Virus record (IMG/VR): IMGVR_UViG_3300049491_000357
Coordinates: 1-64,000 of that record
Origin: a virus
DNA: 64,000 nt
Reading direction: 5' to 3' (one strand)
This document shows, piece by piece, positions 6,682 through 18,988 of the stretch. Under the pieces are notes generated by a model. The model saw nothing but the letters and a program-made list of their open reading frames with translations, searched no databases and had not been told where the DNA came from. Within the stretch, counting starts at the first letter, position 1. Each line of letters starts with the position of its first letter. Both the position numbers and the translations under genes were made by a program.

Positions 6682-9600
6682 TCAAGGCCGAAGCGGCGGG
6701 AGAATTCGCCGCGTGAGGGTGATGTTGGACGGGTCAATCGTGACCTTTCGGAAGTCGTTCACGATGGGTTTCCCCTCGATGTGATACAGATCTGCGGCGG
6801 AGTTACCTTCTGCCGTACCGTTTGTGCTGACCACCGTGTACCACCCCTGAGGGTCTACAGGGCTTGTCAGATAGTATGCCGTCGTTTGAATGAGCATCAT
6901 CAGCTCGTTTCCGGCCGAAACCTCAGCAAGCCCAAGGTTCGTCACGGTGTTTCGAACGAGGTAAGCCCGTCCAACAAGTACGGTGACTCGTGTGTCAGCC
7001 CCTCCAGGAGGAGCATGCAAGGCACGTGGATAGACAGCAGCCACCTCACCTCCAGGGTAAGGACCAGAAGCCGCGAAAAGAGAGCCTCCGCGGTTTACAC
7101 GGTAGTTGGTAAGGAGCGAGTAGTTACCCTGGTTGCCGTCAACGTGGGCCACAAAAGTCCCAGTCGCTCCCCCAATGTCGGAGTTCCCCAATGGAATTTG
7201 GGTCTCCTCGACATTCGACTGTCGTTGGATCGAAGTGAACAAAGCCTTGAAGGTATCGTTGTGGTACCTGAATCCGGTTGCTGCATCCGGCATGTACGAG
7301 TTTCCACGGAAGTCCTTGTCGCGGAAGAGAGCCCCCAACGGAAGGCGTTCTGTGCACCCGAGATAGGATTGACCTGGAGGGAAACCTTCATCACCCTGAA
7401 GAGCATCCAGTTTGATGGGGGGACGTGGGGATACGGGGTTTGCAGGAGGCCAAGGTGCTGCATCCTTGGCCTCAAACCCGACTTGGCCTGGATTTGGGTC
7501 AATGCTGTACGACGCAACGGGCAGTCGGCCAGTACCCAAAGTTGTGGTGAACCCTGTCTCAGCCAACACCTCAAGCACTTTTTGATTGGGTCGGGTGAGT
7601 GCGTCCTGATTGAGACCTTGACTCATAAGAGCCACAACCTCTCCCGATTGAAGTGGGCCAGGCGCATATCCAATGTCTTGATACACCGTCTGGCTCCCCC
7701 ATGCATCGCCTTGGTAAGGCGTTCTGGAGAAGTTGATCAAGACCTCATCGGAGTTGGTCACAGGTGACGGGACAATCAACTCAGGGGCATCGATAGATGC
7801 CGTGATGTTTGACGCTCGAACTGGCGAAACCGCTTCCGAACGCTGGCGGCTGAGCACCAACCGGAATTCCTTGCTGTTATTGAAAGCGTCACGATCAAAG
7901 CCGTAGATTGAAGCCTCGATGACGTAGTTCCCAGCCGCAAAGTTCGCGATGGGATTCACGGTGGACTTCGTAAGGTCCAGTGCCTCCGCATTCAGGATGA
8001 ACGTCGAGTCCCCATCGTCATCAAGCTCAATCCAGAAGAGGGGGACGTCGCAGTTTTGACGAAGTAGGTTCTTGGCAGCCGAGAGTGATCCCGTTGGGGC
8101 TCGGTCTCCAGCCCCGAAGGCAGAACCATTGATCTTGTAGTCATTGGCTTCGTAGACCGCCCAAAGACGAGCGGGCCCATAGAACGGAGGTAGCTCCAGT
8201 CCCTGTCGCCCCAACCCACGAGGGTCTGTGAACTTTCGGATGCCCGCGTACTGCTTGCCTCCAAATGTGAAGGTCCCGTTGTAAGGGGCAGGGTTGGTGC
8301 CGGGCGGAGTGAGGTCTAGGGTCGAGAAGCTGGCGTAGCTAAATGCCCCATAGCTGAACGGGATGTAGTTCTTTTCGGCATTCGCGAATGGACCAGCCCC
8401 CGAAGGTACGTTCAGGAGGTAGTTCATACCCTGGCTGAACGGTACCTGGTCCTGCCAAAGGAGAGGCAGGTCGTACTCTCCCCAACTCGGGACAAGCCCA
8501 CGTGGGAAAGTGATGTAGATGTTCTTTGTGGCTGGCGTGGGATCTGTCGTTCCCGAAAAGATACCCAGCGGGTCTGTCGTCGTGTACTTGGGGGTTACGC
8601 CATCTACTTTGAATAGAGGCATGAGCCCCTGTCCCTTAAAGACCGCGAAGTTGGCTCCCACAAAAGTCGGTACTGGGCGATCCAATCCCACTGTGTCGTT
8701 TGGGACGCCAGTGGTAAAGATACTCGTGATCACATACCGTCCAGGCTGAGGACCACCCGAGATAACGATCGAGTCTCCGACAGCTGCACCTGCTGTGACA
8801 AAGTTGACGCCAGCACCCTGGAACTGAGATGCCGAAGCATTTCCAGTTCCCGTAGCGAACGAGGTAGGACGCTGATTTGGAGAAGTCCCATCGAATGTGA
8901 TAACGCTGTCTGGAAGGTCAATTCTCCGAAGTGGTTGGAGAACAAGCGTCTTTGACCCCAGATCTGTGTACGCTTCTGAGGTGACAGGGATGCGAGGGGC
9001 ATCTCCGTTAGCGTACTTACCCCAAAATGGTACCCAGGTCGTTCGAAGACTGAAGCTGTTCGTTGCAACTTGTTGCTGGTTCAACAGCAAGTCGGCAGAA
9101 GGGAACAGCAAAGAGACCGAGTGAAAACTATCTGGGCGGCGTGAGAGCCCTCGTCCTGCACCATAGATGCAGTGGACGACAAGATAGAGCCGTTGTGCTG
9201 TCGTTGGGAAAGAGGGGCCAAACGTAACGACAAGGTCATCCGAAGAGGTCGGATTCGTTGGGGTGATCGTGTAGCAAGAAGGATCAAGCGGAGACGTCTC
9301 CCCGTCAACACGGAGCGAGAAGTTTACTGCTTGGCCGTCGAACATCCAACGTACCTGGTCCGCATCGCCTCCAGGAAGCCCAGCCTTCAACTGGTTCACG
9401 GGGATGGTGAGTACGTCTCCGGCCCCAAAAACGTTACCTACGGACACCTTGGTGGTGAGGTTCACCTGAAGCGCCAAGGACCACGACTCGTTAACCGGGA
9501 CAGGAGCGGCAGCAGCCGTTGGCTTGACAATCACCTCAATTCGTTGAGGGCAAGCGGCATCCGAAAAGATCGACCTGATGTTATCAGGGCCGTCAAGTTT

Positions 9601-11007
9601 GGTGATGCCTGTTGCAGCCGAACCGTTCGTGATCTTGTCTTGGTAGAAGACAAACTTCCCTTGAGTCCCACTACCCGAACGCTTCCAGTTTGTTCGAAGC
9701 TGACCCTGAAGTAGACGGTCCAGGTTCTCCGACAAGAGAGCGTTGTAATCGAACCCATTGCCGCTCACAACGTGCCGCAAATCAAGCACATCATTGAGAG
9801 CTACTTGGTCCGAGAACAGCCCATCAGGTCGGCCAGAAATCACCTTCACTGGAGTCCCAGCTTTGTGTGCTTCTGCACGAGACCCGTTCACACCACGAGC
9901 CAGGATGGTCATGACCCCACCCCCAGTGATGCTCTGGTACTGAAGCTGCTCATCTCCAATCTGGATGAGCACAGGAGTCAGCGGGGTCAGCGGCAACGGG
10001 ATGTTGGACGCAGAGGCCAACGTTGCCGACAGAGATGTTGCCGACAGGTCCACAGAAAGAGCAGGGTCTGTCGAGAACGTGGTAACTCCCGTACGATCCA
10101 CCGCAGTAGGGTTACGGTCGAATCCACCATTGAGGTTCTGGCTAGGGTCACCTGTCCAGACAATCGAGTTTCGACGGAAAACGGCAGCGATGGGGATCGC
10201 ATACACATACCCATCAACCGTCCCAAGACCGTTGGTCGTGCCGTCCCCTGCCCGCCAAAGTCCTGCATCCCCAAGCGCCTGACGCATGTTCTGAAACGTG
10301 AATGAGGTGGGGGTCGAGGCAGCACCCTGTGCCTTGACGGTAGCGGGGTCGAATCCGTCAGGGTTCGACGTGAGACCCACAAGCCCCTTCACAACTCGGA
10401 TGCGGTACTGAATTTGAACCCGCTGTGACGTCTCGAACCCTAGAGCAGGGTCCACCAAGTCATCAGGGAGGAACGAGTATCCTCCTTCAACGTTGCCGTA
10501 ACGGTAGACGGCAGAAGCAGAGGGCTTGTTGGTGCTCGAAGGGTTTGGCGGGATACGAGCTTGCCAAACCTCAAGAAACACGTAGTCGATACGAAAGTCA
10601 CCCGCATTGCTCGGAGGAGGGTCGAGAGCAATCTTGTTCCAGGTGTCAGCGTCGTCAGGACTTCCAGGAGGCGTACCCGTTCGGGTGCCCGTCACAGGAA
10701 TCAACCAACCATTCACTGCCGCCCAGAGAACCGGCTTTTGTTCCGCTGGACGCTGCTTACCAAACTTGAACCAGTTAGACCACCTGGCATTCGTGTCGTA
10801 AACAGCGCTGGAGTTCGTGTCGTTACCCAGCCACCCTGAAGGCATGCCACGCAGGGTGGCCTTCCGGGTGTAGTTGACCCCTAGTTCTTGGAGCAGATTG
10901 AATTCTGCGTCCATCGGGGGTTTACCCTGTTGAAGGATGACCTCAACGTACTCTGTCGCGTCGGGGTTCAGAACACGAGAGACACCTGGACCAAGGTTGT
11001 TCGCCAT
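6682..11007 (-). CDS. Large tail/baseplate structural protein (1441 aa), paralog of 21205..23796
   Basis: N-terminal VILQQGKPPMDAEFNLLQE (DUF4815/DUF6519-like baseplate-fibre attachment motif) and RVQIQYRIRVV...GLWRAGDG...GTVDGYVYAIPIAAVFRRNS, both shared with the paralog. Ends TGA. Confidence 0.75.
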   Translation of the reverse strand: MANNLGPGVSRVLNPDATEYVEVILQQGKPPMDAEFNLLQELGVNYTRKATLRGMPSGWLGNDTNSSAVYDTNARWSNWFKFGKQRPAEQKPVLWAAVNGWLIPVTGTRTGTPPGSPDDADTWNKIALDPPPSNAGDFRIDYVFLEVWQARIPPNPSSTNKPSASAVYRYGNVEGGYSFLPDDLVDPALGFETSQRVQIQYRIRVVKGLVGLTSNPDGFDPATVKAQGAASTPTSFTFQNMRQALGDAGLWRAGDGTTNGLGTVDGYVYAIPIAAVFRRNSIVWTGDPSQNLNGGFDRNPTAVDRTGVTTFSTDPALSVDLSATSLSATLASASNIPLPLTPLTPVLIQIGDEQLQYQSITGGGVMTILARGVNGSRAEAHKAGTPVKVISGRPDGLFSDQVALNDVLDLRHVVSGNGFDYNALLSENLDRLLQGQLRTNWKRSGSGTQGKFVFYQDKITNGSAATGITKLDGPDNIRSIFSDAACPQRIEVIVKPTAAAAPVPVNESWSLALQVNLTTKVSVGNVFGAGDVLTIPVNQLKAGLPGGDADQVRWMFDGQAVNFSLRVDGETSPLDPSCYTITPTNPTSSDDLVVTFGPSFPTTAQRLYLVVHCIYGAGRGLSRRPDSFHSVSLLFPSADLLLNQQQVATNSFSLRTTWVPFWGKYANGDAPRIPVTSEAYTDLGSKTLVLQPLRRIDLPDSVITFDGTSPNQRPTSFATGTGNASASQFQGAGVNFVTAGAAVGDSIVISGGPQPGRYVITSIFTTGVPNDTVGLDRPVPTFVGANFAVFKGQGLMPLFKVDGVTPKYTTTDPLGIFSGTTDPTPATKNIYITFPRGLVPSWGEYDLPLLWQDQVPFSQGMNYLLNVPSGAGPFANAEKNYIPFSYGAFSYASFSTLDLTPPGTNPAPYNGTFTFGGKQYAGIRKFTDPRGLGRQGLELPPFYGPARLWAVYEANDYKINGSAFGAGDRAPTGSLSAAKNLLRQNCDVPLFWIELDDDGDSTFILNAEALDLTKSTVNPIANFAAGNYVIEASIYGFDRDAFNNSKEFRLVLSRQRSEAVSPVRASNITASIDAPELIVPSPVTNSDEVLINFSRTPYQGDAWGSQTVYQDIGYAPGPLQSGEVVALMSQGLNQDALTRPNQKVLEVLAETGFTTTLGTGRLPVASYSIDPNPGQVGFEAKDAAPWPPANPVSPRPPIKLDALQGDEGFPPGQSYLGCTERLPLGALFRDKDFRGNSYMPDAATGFRYHNDTFKALFTSIQRQSNVEETQIPLGNSDIGGATGTFVAHVDGNQGNYSLLTNYRVNRGGSLFAASGPYPGGEVAAVYPRALHAPPGGADTRVTVLVGRAYLVRNTVTNLGLAEVSAGNELMMLIQTTAYYLTSPVDPQGWYTVVSTNGTAEGNSAADLYHIEGKPIVNDFRKVTIDPSNITLTRRILPPLRP

Positions 11008-11079
11008 CGAGCTATCTTTCTGATCTGATTAGTAGGTTCTCATTCTTCTTAGCTGGTTTGACACAAGTCACCCCAAATC

Positions 11080-11712
11080 TAAGTAAAGAAGAGCCCAAGA
11101 AGCTACACGCAGTGGACGAGTCGGCAACGTGGTGACGTTGGTGAGACGTATGATGAACTGATTCCCCTGTCCAATCAAGGGGATATTGAGCATCCCCCCA
11201 TCCGTGGTAGGGTAGAAGTGGCCCCCGTTATCAAAGCTCACGTCACACGTGAAGTTCGACGGGCTACTCGCCTCCTCGATATACGTAGCCCCTACCCTAG
11301 AAAGTGAACTGTCGTTGTAGGCTAGGGAGAAGGTTTCAAAGGTTACCACGGCTTGACCGGGAGAGGCCAAAAGAGGAACTACCGTCGACTGGAACGTTGC
11401 CCCAGGGAAAATGTTGACAATGTTTCGGTCCCCAAAAGACCCGCTCACATTTGGAGCCCCTAGGTCCACGTCGATGAGATCAAGAAGATCATCAAAAACG
11501 ATGTTTGGGTATCCGGCATTGTAGGCCAAGAGCGCTTGGTGCTTCTTGGTAAGCAAATTGGACAAGTCGGCTGGATTTTGCACCGACAAATAGTCGGGGA
11601 CCCGGACAACGATGTTCCCGTTGGTTGTGGCATCAGGCCCCGACCGCACATCGAGAATCTTTGCTGTGGGGATCGGGTTACCAAACAGGTCAACCATGTA
11701 CAAGGTGCTCAT
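11080..11712 (-). CDS. Tail-associated protein; ends at putative TTA stop
   Basis: TGATG coupling at the start. C-terminus ...LRVASWALLY then in-frame TTA (11080-11082); standard-code TGA lies 4 codons later. Confidence 0.65.
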
Positions 11713-14700
11713 CAGCTCATCCTATGTCGGAGGTTGTCTCTCACGTAACCAGCTCCTGGTTGAGCCTTCCTACCATAGGGATGATGCCCAGAGGAAGTCA
11801 CATTTGCATACGAAGGCAAACTTACCTTCCCGGCTGGCGTCATGAGACGGTGATTGTACTGCGGCAAACGTGTTTGGGCGCCTACATTCGAGTAGGTGAC
11901 GTTCGTTGGGTCACCCCACGTTTGACCCGCAGCTTGCCAGATTGGCCGCCCCATATTGGGCCACGATTCCTCGATGTCCGTAGCACCTCCACCGATGACA
12001 ACGTTCTCGATATGCACGTTGTCTGCGTCTTCGATGATGAGGCCCGTCGCAGTCTGACCCACCGTCCAACAGACCACGTCTTCTCGTGCAACCGCAAAGA
12101 CCGAGTCACCCACGACGAACGATGGGATATCTGTGTCTGTGGCGTCAACGATGAGGGTGTTGTAGGTCGGCCCTGGCCCGGACAGGCTCAAGATGGTGAC
12201 CACAGCTTTAGGTACACCACCAGCACTCACGATCATGATCTTCATCCCCGGCTGCCATGCTTGCGAGGCAACCGAAAGCTGAAGGGTACGACCAATCCAA
12301 GAAGCGATAGTCGACGGACCGCTCAGGAACACGCCTTGTGCTGGGTAGACCCCTGGAGAGGAGGAGTTGCTGTCGTACCAGAGGATAGAGGCAGCAACGA
12401 GCCAACGGCTCAGGCGAGGGTTCCACCGAACCTTCATCTGAGACACGAAGGGGGCAACCGGTTGTGTACCCGTCCCATTGCTCTTGGCCCCATACCCTGT
12501 CGGGTATGACCCGTAACCTGGGCCAGGAATCTGTCCAACGGCATTTCCGAAAAGGAAATCTCCACTGGGAGGGTTTTACGTGTTTGGGTGCAAGACCGCT
12601 GAGCCTACCTCGCCAAAACGGCTGTTCAACAGCTTGGCTTGAAGTTGCGCCTTGGACGTACCCAACTGAAGCATGGGCATAACAACCAAGTAATGTGAGC
12701 CATTCCAGGCAACATCTCCACGCTGGAACGGTACCTCAACAGGAGGGTAGTTCAAAACCACTTCTGGGGTCGTGGCTCGGACACTTGGCTTGAACCCGTA
12801 AAGAGCTAGCTGAGAACCACCATTCGTAACTAGAACAGCGAACTCATCCTCTACCTCATTGTAGGTAACACCATGCAGGATACTGGTCTGTGGCGAAGAG
12901 CTGTTTGCCCACGTAGGGTTTTGAATGAGAGCCCCTCGCGTAGTAACCCCAGCTTTGGTGGATTCCAAAGACCCGGCATTGTCGTAATCCGACATACCAC
13001 CGCCACGGATTTCACCGTAGATGGCCTTACCCCCCAGCACATTGATGTCCCCAGAGTTAAAGAGACCCTGAACGATAAGCTGGTGCCGCCGTGGGTCGTA
13101 GTTGATGACGGGGTACACCCCATTCGAGTCGACGGAAGTCACCAGGGTGTTGGTGTCCATGACCCTGGTAACCACAAGCTGGTCACCAGGCTGAACGTTT
13201 GCCTGCTGGTAGCGGAGCACGACGTAATTGACACCAGCAGTTCCTGTTCCGAACGTGCTGCTGGACGCTGCGATATTGATGTCTGTCGCAGTCACAACAT
13301 CAATCATGTAGATGCCCTGATCAGCACCGCTGGTGACTACCAGGTAGTCTCCTGGGCGAACACCGCGAGTCAAGAAAGTTGCAGCACCATCCGTGAACAG
13401 GGATGAACCTACGTTTGTGACGCCAGTTGCTCCTGATGCCACGAACGGGCTGACTTGATTCCCGAAAAGCTGGATGACCGTGTAGGCAGCACTATAGAAA
13501 GGCGCAGCCCCTGTCGCCAAAGTCCCCGACTGACAGGCATACCCGAGTGAGTGCACCCCACCCCCAGAGCCCAACGTTGTGGTTGAGAAGGGCCCATTCG
13601 ACCCAGGGTAGGACGTCGGATACCCAGCTCCAGTTTGAAGCCCCTCACTCGACATCTGACGAGTAGGTTGCGGCCTTGCCCCACCGTCCTCAGGCATTGT
13701 CGTGAAAAAGACAGTACTGGACAAGGTAGGTGGGCTAGCGGTATCCGTCGGAACCACTACTTCGTAGAAAACCGTGAACCGGCTGCCATCCCAAAGGACC
13801 TTTGGGTTCTGGAAAGCCCCAGGTTCCGTCGACTGGTCAATCACGTAGGTGGTTCCACCTCCACCAAAACCAGGGAATGGGCCACTTCCAGGGAACTGCC
13901 CTGCCGATGCAGCAGCATCCATGTTGAAGAGAGTCACCCCGATGGTGGACCCTCGCATGCTTGGGGCCGTCGAGTCATACTGAGGAACCATACCGGCCGC
14001 CCAGACAACTGCATAGACTTTGCCCGAAAATGCAGCCTCACAGACAGAGACGGTGTTGTTTTCGTTTGGGGTCGGGGCTTGGCCGCCCTCTCCAGAGAAC
14101 CCGGTACCATCTGAGATGTGGACGGCCGAGAGCGGGAACTGAGCCATCAGCCCCCCAAAGGATGATGCAGCCTCGTACGGGTCAACCAACTCACCCGTCT
14201 GCATGTGAGTATCCTCACTGCCCGGCAAGTAGCTCATACACAGATAGTAACCTACAGCTGCATCCGACGACCCCACCAAGAGCGTGGTAGCATTGGCCTT
14301 CTCCACCCAGAAGATCACGAACCTTTGGCCGTCCCAGATGACCTTTGGCCCTACCCCTGGTGCCAAATAACGAGGAGGGTTATTGGCAATATTCTCGTAA
14401 GAGGGGTCAGTTGGCCACGACGATAGATCGCCACGAGCGAGCGTAGGCCCATCTACATAGACAGGGTTGTTACCCTTTGCATCTGTGTACACAGCCCCGA
14501 TGATGCTCGTTTCAGGGACCAACGTAGGGGCGTACGGAGCATAGATACGAGACGTTGGGAAAACGAAGACGTTTCTGAATCCGTCTGTATCGAAGGACAG
14601 AGTGGATGCAGTAGGGGCCAAGTGCCTTGTGTAGACATGTGCCTTACTGAGCATCTCAACACTGCTTGAAGGGGTAGCCTCAACAGCTAGGTTTCTCAAC

Positions 14701-17700
14701 GTGACGTTGTACGGACCAAACGTCTGCCGGAAAAACTCTACGGAGTTGGATGGAGACGACTCGTCCCCTGCCATGCGGTCAACAAGTCCGTAGAAGCTTT
14801 CGCCCCAAGCAATAGCTACCGTAGAGCTTTCGCCCAACGCCCTTCGTCCAATCCCTTTCGGACGACCTGGGGCAACGCCCCGGAAGCCGACGTTTGCCTT
14901 GTATCGGCTTGTAGGCTGAAGACGATCAGCACTTTGCCCAGCAAGTGTACCCGATACTTGAGAGGGGTAATTGCCGCCCTGTGCTTGAGGACGCCGCATC
15001 AGTTCGACTTCACGAGGCACACTCGAAAGGTCGCTCGGTTGATCCGCCCACGTGATGAAGTCCGTGGAGGTGATGACCTGGCCATCAGAGCTGATACGGA
15101 AGCCCTGATTCTTGGCTCCTGCCGCCAAGGGGTACTCAGGAAGCAGAAGGTACCACTCTTTGCCCGTGATTGCGGCGGCACCAAGAGGTTGCCCCGTCAG
15201 GTTTACCGTGTGTTCGTCAGCCACAGACACAATCGGCAACGTGAGTGCTACCGGAACTCCAGGTTGCACAGGAACGTAGATGGCGGCCCCTGTTGGGATC
15301 GTCTGTCGGAGAGTCCAACCGAAGTTTGCAGTCCCCGCTGCATCCGAACCAAAGTAAAAGAGAGGGTCGGTGAACCACGAATTAAGCCCGTTGACCTGGT
15401 AGTTACCCGTGAAGCTGTGGATGCTGTTCTTGGAAGGGCTAACAGCAACCCAATCTTGTCCCGTCCAGGTCACGTCAGGGATACAAGACTCCACTCCCGC
15501 CATGGTCCAACGGTAGGAGAAGTTCAAGAAACTGACCTCACGAGCGTGATTGTACGGGATACGTACGCCACGCTGATGGTTAGGTCGTTCCGTAATGGGA
15601 GTCCTGGTCCCAAGGCTCTTCAGCGAGACTTCAAGGTCACGAGAGATACGCCCAGGGAACTGAGGGTCTACCTGGCTGGTAAGAACCCCAGTCCATTCGT
15701 TACCAGCACCTGCGGGGAGATAGTTCTTTTGAGTTGGATAAACCTGCTGCCCATCGTCCCGAAGAACAACAGAACAGGTAGAGACATGTTCGCGGTACAC
15801 AGCGGAAATGTCGTTCGAAGGGATATCCCCACCTGGGAAAGCGCTTCCAGACCACGTGGGACCGCTTGCTGTGACTCCATTGTCGAAGTTCTTGACTCGT
15901 GGGTACGACGGAACGCAGTGGGTATTGAACCCTTGGAAAACCACACACCAGTTGGAGGCACCTCGTGAGATACGAACATAGTCCGGCTCACGCATCTCCA
16001 TTTGGTATAGGCTGACTTGATTTGCAGCTACCACCCCAACATCCAACCCTGCCTCAGTGATGACTCCAGCAGACTGACGTACACGACGACCCCGGATGAC
16101 GCTCGAAGGCGAAACCGCCCACGTCACTCCAGCTTCAGCAAGGAAGTCTGATGCTCCCTCCCATTTGATGAAGAGGTTTGCACCTGCGATGCTGGTTACG
16201 ACCCCAGAAAGGCCCTGCTGGACCGTGGGGAACGTTGGGCTCACCAGGACATGAACCTTCGACCCCACCTTAACCCCAGAGGTTGCCCAAGCTGGATAAC
16301 CAGGGTCCGTCAGGAAGCTGGTTGCTCCGACGGTGATGGTGCCCCCAGCGTCCAGGTAAAGAGGGTGATTCTGGATCGACCAAACAGCCATGAATCCGCC
16401 CAGCTCATCAGCTTCAACCGAGGTCGAAGAGACGATGGCAGTAGACGGGATACCTGCTGTTGAAGAAGTGGAGGTGAATACCGCCCCCGCTTTGATGTAC
16501 CTACGATCCACCTGAGAGGCTGTAGGAGTGTTGCCCGTGTAGTTGTATGTCCAGTACACGAGGCAAGCAATGTAGTCCCCAGTCGCCGAGTAGTTCTCAG
16601 ACGCAATACTAGGGTGATCCGAGAAGTTGTTCGTCGTGACAGGATAAAGGGTGGCGTCCGTATAGATAATCTCCCACCCTTCTTGAGACGTGTCGGTGTT
16701 CAGCTGAAACTGCCGAAAAGCAACCCGACCACCAGAATTGGGTCCTACGGTGTGCTCCTCTACCCAACAGATGGTGTACTCGTTTGCGTGCTCACTGTAC
16801 GCCAATCTAGGATAGTGCCCCCCAGAATGCCACTGCCCTCCAGTAGAAAGGCGTCCAAACAGCGGATTTGCATTGTCCTTGATGTTGACCCCAATCCCAG
16901 GGAAAACCTTAGACCCATCCTCTCGAATCTCGTTGAAGAGGATCTCGCCCGTCGTCAACGACCCGTAAACGGTTGCCCATACTCGACGTACTGGGTTCCA
17001 AACCGTATCTGTGCCTTCGACTTTTTCGAAAGCCGCCAACGTGGTCACGGTGGGAGAGATGTTGGTCCCCATCCAAGCCAAAGGATCAGGCCAAGAAGAG
17101 GCGTCATACACACCCCAAGTTGTGTTGGGGCCGACCTTAATCGGACCTGACACAGACGCAACCATAGAGCCGACAGTCGAGTCGAAGTTCCTGTAGATGA
17201 GCCGAGTCCCAGCGCCTTCACCTTCGATGGTCGTGCCAGGCGGGACCATGATGGCGTTCTGGATGTAGTAACGACCCTTCTTGAGATGAACGGTCCCAAA
17301 AGGGGTGGTCGTGAGTTGAGCATGTAGGGTGGTCGTGAGCCCTGCATCCAAGTGTGACCGAATGCCCCTCGCATCACCCCCGAACGTGCTCAGAGGGTTC
17401 ATGTTTGCAGCCGCGTTTGCAGGACCGCCTGCATCCGAAACTGTAAAGGCAGTCTTATCTGCCACAAACATCTCTGTGTCGGGGTACCCAAATGTAGCAA
17501 AGAACTCAGAGGTCTTTGCTAGGAACCGCCATTGCTGAGAGTCTTGACGATACGAGAAGTACCGCAAACCCCTTGTGGAGAGAGAACTCGTAACCTCCGT
17601 GGTCCCAAATTCCGCAGAAGCTCTCCGCCATGGGGGCAGGAACGGATAAGAAGTTGGGCTAGAAACCTGAACGTCCGGAGCACCAAGAGCCTTCACATAG

Positions 17701-18935
17701 GCATCATCACCTAGTGCGGTTGCTCCAATTTGGAACCCCTTATACACAGAGTTGTTGGCGATAACACCCGAGTTGTTAAACTGGATCTTCCCTGCCGCGA
17801 ACGATTGGAAGTCGTCACTACGAGGAAAGTACACTCCCCGAGAGCTGCCTTTGGTCAAAGACAAGTCGATAGACCAGAAAACAGCATAGAGCTGGATGCG
17901 CCCCGTCGTTACGTTGACACCTCCAGCAACTTTGATGTTGCCCCCAAGTTGAGGAGCACAAGAGAATCTTACCGTTCCAGCACGGTAATCGATGGTCATC
18001 CGCTGATCTGTAGCGGGGATAGCCGGGTCAATTACCGGATTGAGGGTTGTGATGGGCTTGGTGTAATCGGGCCCAGTGCCTGCACCATTCGAGGGGTAGA
18101 GAACAACGCGATACCCCAAAGTATCAAGACTAGAACGCAAGACAGAACGAAGAGTCCCGTTATCAAAAACGAAATCCGCCCTATCGTTGGCAGACTCTTG
18201 TGGTCGTACAATGTTTTGAACACGTTGAGCATTGATGGCGGCAAGTGACGGGTTGAGCTGGTTGTGGATGGCACCTGGCCCCACCATCAGAAACGTCTGT
18301 TCGTGTCCCTTGGGGCCAGACCCCGGGACAGCAAAAAGCTGCATCGCCTGAGGACGCACGATGACGTAGGAGAAAAGATCTCCTGCTCCAAAATCGAAGG
18401 CGTTCGTCACCGTACCTGGATTCCAGATATCCGATACTGTGAGGGTGTTCGGAGCCACCACCGTAATGGTGCCTACTACGTTAGCATTCAGCTCTCCAAC
18501 ACCACTGGAAGGCTTGATGCAGAGAATATCTCCGGGCTGAACCCCAAGAACAACAAAATTGGTGACCAGGGTATTGTCTTGCCAAGTCCCAGCTGCTGTA
18601 GCAAAGCCAGACAGATGAGAGTCGAAAACCCCCAGAGGGCCCCACCATTTCACGGTCTCTGAGATCAACGCCCCAAGAGCGGTCTTTGTTGTAAGGCCAG
18701 ACCCAGGAAGTTGAGGCGGGGTGATCGGATAAACGTCATCGAGATTGACCGTCGGCCCAGAGTAGAAAGGCTCCGTCTGAACGTTGCCCGGCCCCACCAC
18801 GCCCTCAGGGGGCAAAGCAGAATCCCCTACAGTGAGAGCCTTACCACCCGCCTCGAAATCCGCTCGGCGAAGCTGCTCTAGCTCCAGACGAGTGAGGTTC
18901 GAGTATGTACCCGTTGACGTGTAGGCTCCAGCCAT
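11712..18935 (-). CDS. Giant tail fibre / receptor-binding-like protein (about 2407 aa if the in-frame TAA at 12576-12578 is read as sense)
   Basis: ATG 18935 (MAGAYTS). ORF-track pieces 12576..19004 and 11712..12446 are in the same frame, separated by one TAA and 43 open codons. Beta-helix-start motif GTVHLKKGRYYIQNAIMVPPGTTIEGEGAGT upstream; W(N/D)x repeats continue on both sides of the TAA. Confidence 0.7.
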
Positions 18936-18962
18936 CTGATTTAGTTCCTGTCTACGTGAGCC

Positions 18963-18971
18963 CGATAAAAG
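18963..18971 (-). promoter_or_regulatory. Candidate late-promoter motif, copy 2
   Basis: CTTTTATCG about 28 nt upstream of ATG 18935, in an intergenic gap. Confidence 0.45.
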
Positions 18972-18988
18972 CCAAAGCGAATAAGCGC

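Noticed and set aside
6205-7767. 520-aa plus-strand ORF, and similar ones such as 14934..15968, 11625..12509 and 24754..25563
   Set aside because: Antisense shadows of real minus-strand genes with no recognisable motifs. In-register ones are expected when TTA is absent and CTA/TCA are uncommon on the coding strand.
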